Shown here: in pieces, positions 25,954 to 34,958 of the stretch
Position numbering within the stretch: the first letter of the stretch is position 1
Layout: each line of letters begins with the position of its first letter
Source: an uncultured Gammaproteobacteria bacterium
GTDB taxonomy: Bacteria > Patescibacteriota > Microgenomatia > Daviesbacterales > UBA10151
Direction of reading: 5' to 3'
Length of the DNA stretch: 64,000 bases
Assembly: GCA_964551605.1 (NCBI GenBank)
Contig: CAZKCV010000001.1
Span: 61,992 to 125,991 of the forward strand
Notes under the pieces: model-generated
What the model was told of the DNA's origin: nothing
Seen by the model: only the letters and a program-made list of their open reading frames with translations
Database searches by the model: none
Program-made: the position numbers and the translations under genes

Positions 25954-27087
25954 TTACCATCTGCTGCGCTGAGAAGCAAATCTTTCCATAAGGTCACGGT
26001 AATAACGTCGCTCTCCCAGACGTACATATGATGGGTCAAGGTTGGCAATGTTTGCGATTACCCAATCCATCGGATTTATCTTAACTTTCTGCCCACATGC
26101 AGCTTCCTGAGCCTCTCTTGTTCTTACTTTCCAAACTTCCCAAACCTCAGAAGATGGGTAACATTCCCCGACTACCATACTAACTAAATGCCTAAATCCT
26201 GGTATTAATTCTTTCCTTAGAAGAGGAGGATCCTGACCGGGTGGATTGAATTCTTTTGTTCCATACATTCTGTATGGAACAACTATGTCATCCCCGTTGC
26301 GTGAAAAAAACCAGGAAAACTCTTTTTTGGGTTCACTCAAAAAACCATCAGAATCGTAAGTCCGGCCACCCTCCACGTAAACCACCAAATGTCTCCTACC
26401 TTCAGACGTAATTTCTAACACCTTCCTCTTAGACTCTTCCCGCATCTCATTAAATACCTTCTTGATGTGTTCTAATGTTTCTTTTTTCTCTTCATCAAGA
26501 TTGTATTTGTGATCCTTATCTTCCAACAATTCCTCTAAATGATTCATATCGCGAGGGGTAACATTATAGAGCAGGTCTTCTGCGCGCATGTACCTCTCAA
26601 TAGGGGGCCTCCTCAACATATTAACGCCTGCTACCCATACTAATTCATCTTCTATTCCCAAACCTCTTCCGTCTTGCTGCAGAAGATATACTGCTCCTGG
26701 GTGATCAGCATCTGCCAAATGGGCCGGGGTAAACTTTAGTCTTTTATTTCCCTCACGGGCGGTCATTATGGCACTTTGTAAATTACCCAGGCCCTCAATT
26801 CCTCCATCCGACAAAACGTTGCTAATATAAAATCGAAACCACCTCCGTATTTTATCAATATGAGGCTGTTCAACTAAACCATCATCAATCTGCCCGCGCA
26901 TAATGCCGGCCTTAATTTTAAGACTAGCAATGGTTGCTATTGGGTCAACAATCTCATCAGATTCTTTATCTAGCTGTTTGATTGGAACGGCCACATCTCT
27001 TCCAATGAAAGGTATAATTATTCCCTGACCTGCAAGTCTTTCTCCAATCTCTCTAATAGGTGCTAGTGGATCTCTTTCAATTGCCAT
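25954..27087 (-). CDS. conserved-looking hypothetical protein (377 aa)
   Basis: No confident family. A short stretch AVYLLQQDGRGLGIEDEL resembles the GTP cyclohydrolase II YLRQ-EGRGIGL block, but the flanks do not match. Confidence 0.35.
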   Translation of the reverse strand: MAIERDPLAPIREIGERLAGQGIIIPFIGRDVAVPIKQLDKESDEIVDPIATIASLKIKAGIMRGQIDDGLVEQPHIDKIRRWFRFYISNVLSDGGIEGLGNLQSAIMTAREGNKRLKFTPAHLADADHPGAVYLLQQDGRGLGIEDELVWVAGVNMLRRPPIERYMRAEDLLYNVTPRDMNHLEELLEDKDHKYNLDEEKKETLEHIKKVFNEMREESKRKVLEITSEGRRHLVVYVEGGRTYDSDGFLSEPKKEFSWFFSRNGDDIVVPYRMYGTKEFNPPGQDPPLLRKELIPGFRHLVSMVVGECYPSSEVWEVWKVRTREAQEAACGQKVKINPMDWVIANIANLDPSYVRLGERRYYRDLMERFASQRSRW

Positions 27088-27204
27088 ATGTAAAGTATTA
27101 TTCTACTATATACCCATAGTAATATCAACCTAACTGCTCCTTTTTGGGAAATATTTTTTGGGAAATATTATTATACAGCAAATTTCAATACCCTGAAAAC
27201 CCGC

Positions 27205-27238
27205 CACCCTAGGGGTGAACCTAGGTTGCCACCCCAGG
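27205..27238. repeat. 34-bp CTAG-palindrome dispersed repeat, copy C
   Basis: caccctaggggtgaacctaggttgccaccccagg. Preceded by the direct repeat (ttttgggaaatatt)x2 at 27142-27169. Confidence 0.7.
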
Positions 27239-27296
27239 AGTTTTGAAATTTGACAAATGTTGTGTGCAGGCATAAACTGCATGAGTAATGGAATGC

Positions 27297-28400
27297 TTAA
27301 GAACCCACCAAAAACTCAACTACATCTCCGTCCTTAACCTCATAATCCTTCCCCTCAGTCCTGATCCAACCTTTTTGCTTGGCTGCTCCGTATGACCCGG
27401 CTTCAAGTAATTTCTTATATTCAATTACTTCTGCCCTGATGAACTTTTTCTCAAAATCCGTATGGATTACCCCGGCAGCCTGAGGGGCCTTAGTACCCTT
27501 TTTGATAGTCCAGGCCCTGACTTCTTTCTTACCGGCAGTTAAAAATGAAATAAGTCCCAAAAGAGCATAGGCTTTGACAATTAATCTTTCTAACCCTGTC
27601 TGCTCTATTCCCAGCTCTTTCAAATATTCCAGTCGTTCAGCCTCTGATAAATCAACCAACTCTTCTTCCAGTTTTGCACAGATAGCCATCTCATTTTCGG
27701 TTACATTAAGTCGCGATAGCGACTGGTTGTAACCATTTTCAGAAACGTTATATATATACAAAACCGGCTTGATAGTAAGCAATGGTAGCGTCTCAAACCA
27801 TTTTTTAAGGTCTCGGTCTTCCAATTCAAGTTTACTGGTTATCTTCCCTTGCTCAAGATTTCGTTTAATCTCTTCCAAAACCAGTACCATTTTTTCGCTA
27901 TTGCGTAAATTTGGTACCGCCTTTGTTTCCTTCTTCAAATTATCAATCAGTTTGTCTATTACTTGTAAATCCGCCAACCCCAGCTCTGTTTCAGTGGTTA
28001 GCTTATCCGCATCCGGGTTTTCAGAACCTTCCCTGATAATATTGGCATCCTCAAAATCCCTTAAAACATGCACAATCGCATCGACTTCCCGGATATGGGA
28101 TAAAAACTGGTTGCCCAACCCGGCTCCTGTTGAAGCACCCTTAACCAACCCGGCAATATCCACAAATTCTACCACTGCCGGCACAAGCGGCGGCAGATTT
28201 GTCATTTTCTCCTCTTCGCTGACCAGCTGACTTAGCTGATTCAACCGATCATCCGGCACAGCCACCACCCCCACATTCGGTTCAACAGTGGCAAAAGGAT
28301 AATTAGCACTCAAAGCCACTCTCTTTTTCAAAAGGGCATTAAAAAGTGTACTCTTACCCACATTGGGAAGTCCTACTATTCCACATTTTATAGATGACAT
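27297..28400 (-). CDS. ychF: ribosome-binding ATPase YchF (Obg-like)
   Basis: GIVGLPNVGKSTLFNAL P-loop. TGS domain at the C-terminus. Start moved to the ATG at 28400 (the ORF track starts at an upstream TTG). Confidence 0.9.
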   Translation of the reverse strand: MSSIKCGIVGLPNVGKSTLFNALLKKRVALSANYPFATVEPNVGVVAVPDDRLNQLSQLVSEEEKMTNLPPLVPAVVEFVDIAGLVKGASTGAGLGNQFLSHIREVDAIVHVLRDFEDANIIREGSENPDADKLTTETELGLADLQVIDKLIDNLKKETKAVPNLRNSEKMVLVLEEIKRNLEQGKITSKLELEDRDLKKWFETLPLLTIKPVLYIYNVSENGYNQSLSRLNVTENEMAICAKLEEELVDLSEAERLEYLKELGIEQTGLERLIVKAYALLGLISFLTAGKKEVRAWTIKKGTKAPQAAGVIHTDFEKKFIRAEVIEYKKLLEAGSYGAAKQKGWIRTEGKDYEVKDGDVVEFLVGS

Positions 28401-28427
28401 GGAAAGATTATAGATCAATATCTGCTC

Positions 28428-28455
28428 TAATTCCTAATTCCTAATTCCTAATTCC
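28428..28455. repeat. (taattcc)x4 perfect 7-bp tandem repeat upstream of ychF
   Basis: ctaattcctaattcctaattcctaattcc. Confidence 0.7.
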
Positions 28456-28516
28456 AGTAAAACTTTAATATGCGGCATGGTTGTACAACAAGGGTTAGTC
28501 CCCAAATGGTCGATAT

Positions 28517-29044
28517 TCATACAAATTTCTTTTCTCCTGCATAAATTGCCACTGACAAAACATTTTCTTCCGGAGTTATTGGGCAATCCCACCTGTCGTT
28601 ATAAGAACTGTATGGATTATAGGCATAATTAAAGTCAACAATTAGCTTACCTCCTTTTTTAGGAATTTGCAGCATCCTGCCATTTTCATAAGTATCCTTT
28701 CCAGTTGTTTGGTCTCTGAATAATAAATAATATTGAAATTGCTCTTGCTCGGGATCTTCAAAAACTAATGCCTCTATTTCTTTCCCCTCGACTGTAAATG
28801 TAATTTTTCCAGCTCTTAAATAAATCTGTTCCTCTCCACCTGTAGTTTTAATTACCACTTTCTCACCGACACCAGAGATATTTTTATCAAGTTCTAATTC
28901 AAAACTTAAACTTGGATTAGGCGGAAAATAATTTAGACCTTTAAACTGTTTCCTTTGCTCTTTGGTTAAAGGAGACTGCTCATCATTTTTCCAAGCCTCA
29001 TCCTTTTGTTTTCTAAATTCTAAAAGTTTCTTTTCGTCGTACAT
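28517..29044 (-). CDS. DUF1684-family protein
   Basis: C-terminal FNYAYNPYSSYNDRWDCPITPEENVLSVAIYAGEKK matches the DUF1684 hallmark as recalled. Confidence 0.65.
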   Translation of the reverse strand: MYDEKKLLEFRKQKDEAWKNDEQSPLTKEQRKQFKGLNYFPPNPSLSFELELDKNISGVGEKVVIKTTGGEEQIYLRAGKITFTVEGKEIEALVFEDPEQEQFQYYLLFRDQTTGKDTYENGRMLQIPKKGGKLIVDFNYAYNPYSSYNDRWDCPITPEENVLSVAIYAGEKKFV

Positions 29045-29055
29045 AATTATTTTTG

Positions 29056-30402
29056 TTATCCAATATCAAAAAATGCTCTTTGTAGCCATTCTGGTAAAGC
29101 AGGGTGGATATAAACTGAATTTGTAATTGCCTCCACTTTTCCATTTGCCTTCATAGCAACTATGGCCTCATGGATTAAAATGGAAGCATTAGGCCCAATA
29201 ATATGAACGCCTAAAATATTATTCTGCTCCGAAACTAACACTTTCGCTAAACCATTTTCCTGCAAAGCTCCACCCATACCTGTATCTTTAAGTTCTGCTT
29301 TACCAACTTTATAAGATATACCTTCTCTCTTAAGCTCTTGTTCTGTTTTTCCAACCCCTCCAACTTGAGGGGAGGAAAAAACTGCATGGCCAATGGCAAA
29401 GGGGTCAAATGGTACTTTTTTATCGGTAAAAGCGTTTCTGATTGCAAAACCTACCTGATCATTGGCTGCATGTCTGAAAGGTAAAATACCAATTATGTCT
29501 CCAAATGCCCATATCCCATCTACATTTGTTTCTAAATACTCGTTTACTTTAATATATCCTTTATCATCTACTTCTACTCCTGTAGTTTTAACGTCCAGTA
29601 TATCTGTATTGGGTGTTCTTCCTGTAGCAACAAGCAGTTGATCTGCTTCTAATTTATCCCCCTCACCTTTAAGTTTTATTGTAAACTTACTATTTTGATA
29701 TGAAACAGCTTCTGCCTGCACATTAAATAAAATTTCGTACTTCTTAGCAAATCCTTTTGTAAACCAAGCCGCAATCTCCTCATCTTCATTAGAAAGCATG
29801 AGATTTCCCCGGACAAGAATTGTTACTTTAGTTCCTAGTGATCCAAAAAAATGAGCGAGCTCTGCAGCGATATAACCTCCACCTATAACTACTAAATGTT
29901 CAGGCTGTTTTTCTAACCTCAAAGCTTTGGTACTATCAAGATATGGTGTAGTACCTAAACCTGGAAGAGGTGGTATTGAGGGTCTAGTCCCACCCACTAT
30001 AAATACTTTACCTGCCTCAATAGTTTCATTACCAACCTGCATCTGTTTTTGACCGATAAATTTACCATGCACTTTGTAAAGAGTCGGATTGCCACTTTTT
30101 CTTACTGCTTGCTCAATTCCGTTTGAATCCGTATCCACTACTTCTGACACTCTTTTAACAATAGATGCAAAATCAATATTTTCAATCTTACTCTTAATGC
30201 CAAATTTCTCACTGTTTTTAATTGTTTCAGCAATATCCGCTGAGTGAATTAGCATCTTTGATGGAATACAACCACGATTTAGACATGTTCCACCCAGCGG
30301 ACCCTCTTCCACTATTGCCACAGACAAACCTTTTTCAGCGGCAAATGAAGCCACCTCTAAACCTGCTCCCGAACCTACAACAATTACATCAAACTTTTTC
30401 AT
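29056..30402 (-). CDS. class I pyridine-nucleotide-disulfide oxidoreductase (dihydrolipoyl dehydrogenase/glutathione-reductase-like)
   Basis: FAD site DVIVVGSGAGL. Redox-active CxxxxC in GGTCLNRGCIPSK. NAD(P) site VVIGGGYIAAE. C-terminal HP...E dyad (IHPALPE). No C-terminal Cys pair, so not MerA. Confidence 0.8.
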   Translation of the reverse strand: MKKFDVIVVGSGAGLEVASFAAEKGLSVAIVEEGPLGGTCLNRGCIPSKMLIHSADIAETIKNSEKFGIKSKIENIDFASIVKRVSEVVDTDSNGIEQAVRKSGNPTLYKVHGKFIGQKQMQVGNETIEAGKVFIVGGTRPSIPPLPGLGTTPYLDSTKALRLEKQPEHLVVIGGGYIAAELAHFFGSLGTKVTILVRGNLMLSNEDEEIAAWFTKGFAKKYEILFNVQAEAVSYQNSKFTIKLKGEGDKLEADQLLVATGRTPNTDILDVKTTGVEVDDKGYIKVNEYLETNVDGIWAFGDIIGILPFRHAANDQVGFAIRNAFTDKKVPFDPFAIGHAVFSSPQVGGVGKTEQELKREGISYKVGKAELKDTGMGGALQENGLAKVLVSEQNNILGVHIIGPNASILIHEAIVAMKANGKVEAITNSVYIHPALPEWLQRAFFDIG

Positions 30403-30418
30403 AGTAGATAACTAAATT

Positions 30419-30601
30419 TTAGCATATCTCACAGCTATGCTCCTGCATCTTATCAGCTGTTTTTGCTTTTAAGCCACACTTTGAGCAGATCATTGAATGT
30501 TCTTGTTGTTGAACCGCTTGTTGAGTTGGATGATTATGCTCTTTATGTATTTCACAAGGGCATGAACATGTCATACAAGTATTTGTATTTTGATCGTTCA
30601 T
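30419..30601 (-). CDS. small Cys/His-rich protein (8 Cys in 60 aa; putative metal- or redox-active)
   Basis: CMTCSCPC ... CSKCG ... CEIC. Strong SD aaaggagg 9 nt upstream. Confidence 0.45.
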   Translation of the reverse strand: MNDQNTNTCMTCSCPCEIHKEHNHPTQQAVQQQEHSMICSKCGLKAKTADKMQEHSCEIC

Positions 30602-30814
30602 TGTTTTAATATACCTCCTTTCTATTTATATAAATCTGTGTCTGGATGAAATGCGGCCCAGGCAAACCAGAATAATCTAATAGGTTTGTTGATTAAGCTG
30701 ATTATCAACTTTAAATCTACTCTCAAAGGTAGTTGCAATTACAATTAAAGATACAGCAATGAAAATATTAAATGGTTTCATAATTTTGCAAAAAATTTCA
30801 GGCTCTGCTTATGA

Positions 30815-31183
30815 TTACTTAAATCTTTCAAGAAAGCTTGAAAATTTGTTTTTCTTCTTACCGTTACTTAAGGAGTAACAAATTAATTGCCCACAGCGGT
30901 AACTTTCCACCAGTCCTAATTTTTTTAGATCAGCTAGCGCATGGGATACAGCAGATTGGGAAAGGCCTAAAATTTGAGTCATATCTGTTACAGGCATTGC
31001 TTTAACTTTTGCGAGCAGCAGGTAGATCTTAGATTTAGTAGGATCAGAAAGATTATGTATGATTCTTAAAAAGCCTTCTTCTTCAACAGAAAATTTTATT
31101 CTTTTTTGTAAGGATAAAATCTTGGAGTCTATTATATAATGAGGATGCCCCTTATGCGGTTGTACATATGAACGATTGAGCAT
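30815..31183 (-). CDS. ArsR/SmtB-family metalloregulatory transcriptional repressor
   Basis: wHTH region IYLLLAKVKAMPVTDMTQILGLSQSAVSHALADLKKLGLVESYRCGQLICYSL. Confidence 0.75.
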   Translation of the reverse strand: MLNRSYVQPHKGHPHYIIDSKILSLQKRIKFSVEEEGFLRIIHNLSDPTKSKIYLLLAKVKAMPVTDMTQILGLSQSAVSHALADLKKLGLVESYRCGQLICYSLSNGKKKNKFSSFLERFK

Positions 31184-31348
31184 ATATTAAAGTTTATCAT
31201 AGCCTGGTGTGCTGTCAAGATCTAAATGGTCTACAGGTTAAAATTTACTGATGGTAGTTTTGAGGTGTGTTGTGTTTCCCTACTCTCATGAATCATAGTG
31301 TACCAAAAACCTTCCTTTTTTGCCTGATCATGTTTATCCAAGGCAACC

Positions 31349-31678
31349 TTGTTTTCTCTTAAGGTTTTTGGTATACTTCATTGCACAAAGATGATCATTG
31401 GCCCCTCAAAAACAACAGATGACAGGAAGCTAGCTCTCTTAAAAGCTCAGGCAGCAAAAGATAAATTATTTAAGCTGGTGGTTAAAATTATCAGCTGGGA
31501 ATCAGGTTCTTTAGACAGTGCCGTAGTTAAATCATTAAATAAAATTACCGAGACAGAGTGGTTAAATTATCGAAAGTATACTTTAAATATTTCCACTTCT
31601 CAAAGCCTGGATAAGGTTAAGGAAAAATTATCCCAAACTTACAAAAACATCCAAGCCCACGGCGGCTTCGCTAAATAG
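31349..31678 (+). CDS. hypothetical protein
   Basis: ORF only. Confidence 0.25.
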   Translation: MFSLKVFGILHCTKMIIGPSKTTDDRKLALLKAQAAKDKLFKLVVKIISWESGSLDSAVVKSLNKITETEWLNYRKYTLNISTSQSLDKVKEKLSQTYKNIQAHGGFAK

Positions 31679-31687
31679 TTACTCCTG

Positions 31688-32155
31688 CTAATTTAGCATG
31701 ACAATTGCCAAGTTTAAAACAGCAGCAAAACTGACCCAAAGAAGATACGGTATTAATAAATTACCGGCTGATCTGTTTATCCTGTAGAAAGATTTTATTG
31801 TCAAAAAAATTGCCAGCCATAAAGCTACAATATCCACTAAAGCTAAGATGGGATTCTTCATCCCAAAAAAGAAGATGGACCATAAAACATTAAGTCCTAA
31901 CTGAACAAAGAATAAATTAAAAGCATTTTGTTTTAACTTAAATCTAGAAGTCCAAACTAAATATAAAGAAATTCCCATCAAGATATAAAGAATGGTCCAG
32001 GCTGGCCCGAAGACCCAATTCGGCGGAGAAAAGACAGGTTTATTTAAAGTAGCATACCAGGTAGGAATGGAGGAAACCGTAAAGAATGACCCTAAAACTC
32101 CTGCTCCTAAACAAAGGCCTATGGATAAAATTAACTGCGGAATCTTAATGGGCAT
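31688..32155 (-). CDS. tspO: TspO/MBR-family tryptophan-rich sensory protein
   Basis: TWYATLNKPVFSPPNWVFGPAWTILYILMGISLYLVW. Five TM helices. Confidence 0.8.
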   Translation of the reverse strand: MPIKIPQLILSIGLCLGAGVLGSFFTVSSIPTWYATLNKPVFSPPNWVFGPAWTILYILMGISLYLVWTSRFKLKQNAFNLFFVQLGLNVLWSIFFFGMKNPILALVDIVALWLAIFLTIKSFYRINRSAGNLLIPYLLWVSFAAVLNLAIVMLN

Positions 32156-32180
32156 TACAATCAGTATAGCAAATTCTAGA

Positions 32181-32942
32181 CTACTTTAGCTCTACCCAAT
32201 TGCCAGGAACTCCGCTGTTTTCAAAATATGGCCCATTATCTCTGTATGTACAGGGGTTTTTATCCCTCTCTTCTTTGCTTAAAATTATATTTTCTTTGGT
32301 AATACCTCTTTTCTCAAACTGGGCTAAAACCTCATCCGACATATGGTTAAAAATAGAATCCAAGTTTCCAAATGGAGAATTCCAGTTATCCAAAGTCTTC
32401 ATTGGCAACCCCATTGTCCCGTAAATTACATCAAAAGTAGGATCAGATCTTTCTGCTACCAGAAAAGAAGCATAACCAATCAACTCTCCGGCTTTCACTT
32501 TAGACCCCATCCTCAAATCCTTTCTTGGCTGCATATGTTCAAAACTAAACATCCAGAGGTTAAAAGGCGGAAGTATGGTCAGTATTCCTCTATCCGGCGC
32601 AATCCAAATCTCCCCCTCCAATTTCTCTGCCATATCCGCCCGGATAACCGATATGTATCCGTCATAAGGAGAATATAGCTCTACTGTATCTTCCTTTTTA
32701 TATTCAGGGTATACCTCAATATAGTGCTTCATGTTTCTTTTCATCTCCCGGCCGTCTTGCGGTACAACTGTGTGCCCGGCACAGGACCGGTATTTGGAAA
32801 GCTGTTTTATCTTACTTATATCCATAAAATTAGCCACCAGCTCTGGAGGAGGCTGGCTTTGATTTAATTTAAGAGAAAGAAAAAATGCTGATATCAAAAT
32901 CAAAATGAAAACTCCAATACCAATAAGAATTTTTCCTACCAT
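32181..32942 (-). CDS. hypothetical membrane-anchored exported protein
   Basis: N-terminal TM helix. No confident motif; M23-peptidase-like features are not convincing. Confidence 0.35.
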   Translation of the reverse strand: MVGKILIGIGVFILILISAFFLSLKLNQSQPPPELVANFMDISKIKQLSKYRSCAGHTVVPQDGREMKRNMKHYIEVYPEYKKEDTVELYSPYDGYISVIRADMAEKLEGEIWIAPDRGILTILPPFNLWMFSFEHMQPRKDLRMGSKVKAGELIGYASFLVAERSDPTFDVIYGTMGLPMKTLDNWNSPFGNLDSIFNHMSDEVLAQFEKRGITKENIILSKEERDKNPCTYRDNGPYFENSGVPGNWVELK

Positions 32943-33021
32943 ACTTTAAGTTAAACAGTTCTTATCGGTAGTTGTCAAATAATATAGGCGGACTTCAGGC
33001 CTTTTGGGAAATTTAAATTAT

Positions 33022-34341
33022 TTAAAAGCCGACTAAAGCTTCAGTAATGGGATGCTCTGAAGAATAGATTCCCGGAGCAGCTTGTTTTCTCTTTAGCAGT
33101 TTATCAAACAGTTTGAGGAATTTTAATGTAGCATGCGGCAGCAAAAATCTGTTTCTGACAGACTCATGAGCATTTTCACCCATATTTTCCCGAAGCTGAG
33201 GATTATTTAGTACATGAATAATTTTTTCAGCCGTTTCTTCAATAGAGTTAACCAGAAAACCGTTCTTACCATCCTGGATTTGAGCTTTTATGCCGCCCAC
33301 ATCCCCCCCTATTACTACTGTCCCTTTCCACATTGCCTCTGTCACAGTTAAACTAAACCCTTCCCTGATTGATTTTTGCAGGATAATGTCAGAGCCTGTC
33401 TGAAAAGCGTTAACTGCTCTGTCATTTTCCGGCAGATTAACCAGCAGGAAAATTCCTTTTTCTCCCTTGATATGTTTTTCTGCTTCAATGCGTAGTCTTT
33501 CTCCTTCCGGATCATCAGCAGCTGATTGGGCTACCATAGCTAATTGCAAATCCGATACTCTTAACTTTGCCGACCGGTAAGCATCAATAACACCCAGCGG
33601 ATCCTTCCAGGGATCCAGCCGGGAAACTTGGGTAATTAAAGGTTTATTAGTGTCTATCCCGAACCTACGAATATAACCTTTAGCCTCATCTTTACTTATT
33701 AAGGTATTTTTTGGAGAAAGCGGGTCAATCACCGGAGTAAAAATACTTAAATCCTCCTCCGAGAAGCCGCTATGCATATATTCGGGCATGGTAAAAATAT
33801 GATGATCATAGAAGTTAAGAAAAGGAGACAAAAATTCCCACATGGCCTGATTGGGAGAAGTAGTATCAATATGACAACGCCATAAAGCAAATTCCGGTCT
33901 GTTTAATCCCAAGAAACTAACTACCGGTGCTGACTGAGGATCATGCACTATTAATATATCCGACTGCGGTTTTAAGTCTAACAGAGAATGAGCTATGGAT
34001 CTGTTTACCTGCAGATAAATTTCTTTTTCTTCTGTTTCCAGCTCACCCGGCTGCCCTTGTAGCAGATTATGAATCTTCTTGGTAACTTCAAAAAAATCTT
34101 GGTTAGGAGAAATTACATACCAGCGGGAATCCAATCCGATATTATTCTGTAGAGATACTTCTGACCGAAGCATCTCGGCTACACCTCCACCCACTGCAGT
34201 AGCATTAAGGTGCACAACCCTTAGACCCTGCAGACTTAAAGGCATATCCTGGATCTCTTTTACCACATCCCGCGCAAACACCCGATAATCCTCGAGCGAT
34301 TTAGGAGAAGTCGCAACTTGTTGCAGATCCTTAGCACCCAT
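33022..34341 (-). CDS. GT4-family glycosyltransferase (TreT/trehalose-synthase-like)
   Basis: C-terminal EGFSLTVTEAMWKGTVVIGGDVGGI...GKNGFLV is a typical GT-B/GT4 E-x7-E region. Confidence 0.7.
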   Translation of the reverse strand: MGAKDLQQVATSPKSLEDYRVFARDVVKEIQDMPLSLQGLRVVHLNATAVGGGVAEMLRSEVSLQNNIGLDSRWYVISPNQDFFEVTKKIHNLLQGQPGELETEEKEIYLQVNRSIAHSLLDLKPQSDILIVHDPQSAPVVSFLGLNRPEFALWRCHIDTTSPNQAMWEFLSPFLNFYDHHIFTMPEYMHSGFSEEDLSIFTPVIDPLSPKNTLISKDEAKGYIRRFGIDTNKPLITQVSRLDPWKDPLGVIDAYRSAKLRVSDLQLAMVAQSAADDPEGERLRIEAEKHIKGEKGIFLLVNLPENDRAVNAFQTGSDIILQKSIREGFSLTVTEAMWKGTVVIGGDVGGIKAQIQDGKNGFLVNSIEETAEKIIHVLNNPQLRENMGENAHESVRNRFLLPHATLKFLKLFDKLLKRKQAAPGIYSSEHPITEALVGF

Positions 34342-34495
34342 TTGTTGTAGTATTTTATTAATTAAATCCTAGAACTATGTTAAGAAAAGGCAAGAAAACA
34401 TTAAGAGTCTCAGTTAAATTTTGAAGAGCAGTAATACCTGTACGTTTCCCGTTAAGATTCTTTATGATTAGAATAAATTATGATTAGAATAAATA

Positions 34496-34717
34496 ATGAA
34501 GCTTGAAGTGATCGTTCATCCTAATTCTAAAAAAGAAAAAGTAGAAAAAGATCTGTTGGGAACATTACATGTCTATGTTCACGAACCGCCTTTGGAAGGA
34601 AAGGCCAACCGGGCCACGATTTCTTCTTTAGCAGACTATTTTAATATCAGTAAATCAAATATTAATTTAATTTCCGGAGTTAAATCGAAATATAAGTCTT
34701 TTGAGATTTCTCAGTAA
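34496..34717 (+). CDS. DUF167 (YggU-like) family protein
   Basis: KLEVIVHPNSKKEKVE...LHVYVHEPPLEGKANRATISSLADYF. Preceded by the direct repeat (tatgattagaataaat)x2. Confidence 0.6.
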   Translation: MKLEVIVHPNSKKEKVEKDLLGTLHVYVHEPPLEGKANRATISSLADYFNISKSNINLISGVKSKYKSFEISQ

Positions 34718-34958
34718 TTTATTAGGAAAAAATAAATAAGGCCATATAATATTCCTCCTATTATCAAATAAATTAATACCCACTGCCAAAGCGGCCTTTT
34801 ACTATAACTTTTTTTATTATCTTCTTCCATAAACCTGGCATAATAATAAATCTTATTTGTAAAAGAAAAAAATGAAACCGGTAAGAAACTCAATAGAAAT
34901 TGCTGCTTGTTTTTAGCTTGACAAAGTTCTATTTTTACATTATTCTGACTGCTCTTAA

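Noticed and set aside
25954-27087. GTP cyclohydrolase II (RibA)
   Set aside because: Only one short YLxQ-DGRGLG-like stretch resembles RibA. The zinc-binding Cys cluster and the downstream conserved blocks are absent.
6071-27238. Possible CRISPR array formed by the 34-bp CTAG repeat
   Set aside because: Only three copies, separated by 8.6 and 12.5 kb with protein-coding genes in between. No regular spacer periodicity and no cas genes. It is a dispersed repeat, not a CRISPR array.
29056-30402. Mercuric reductase MerA
   Set aside because: The active-site CxxxxC matches MerA as well as Lpd/GR, but the protein lacks the C-terminal vicinal Cys pair and an N-terminal HMA domain. It ends with an HP..E dyad typical of Lpd/GR, and the regulator is ArsR- rather than MerR-type.
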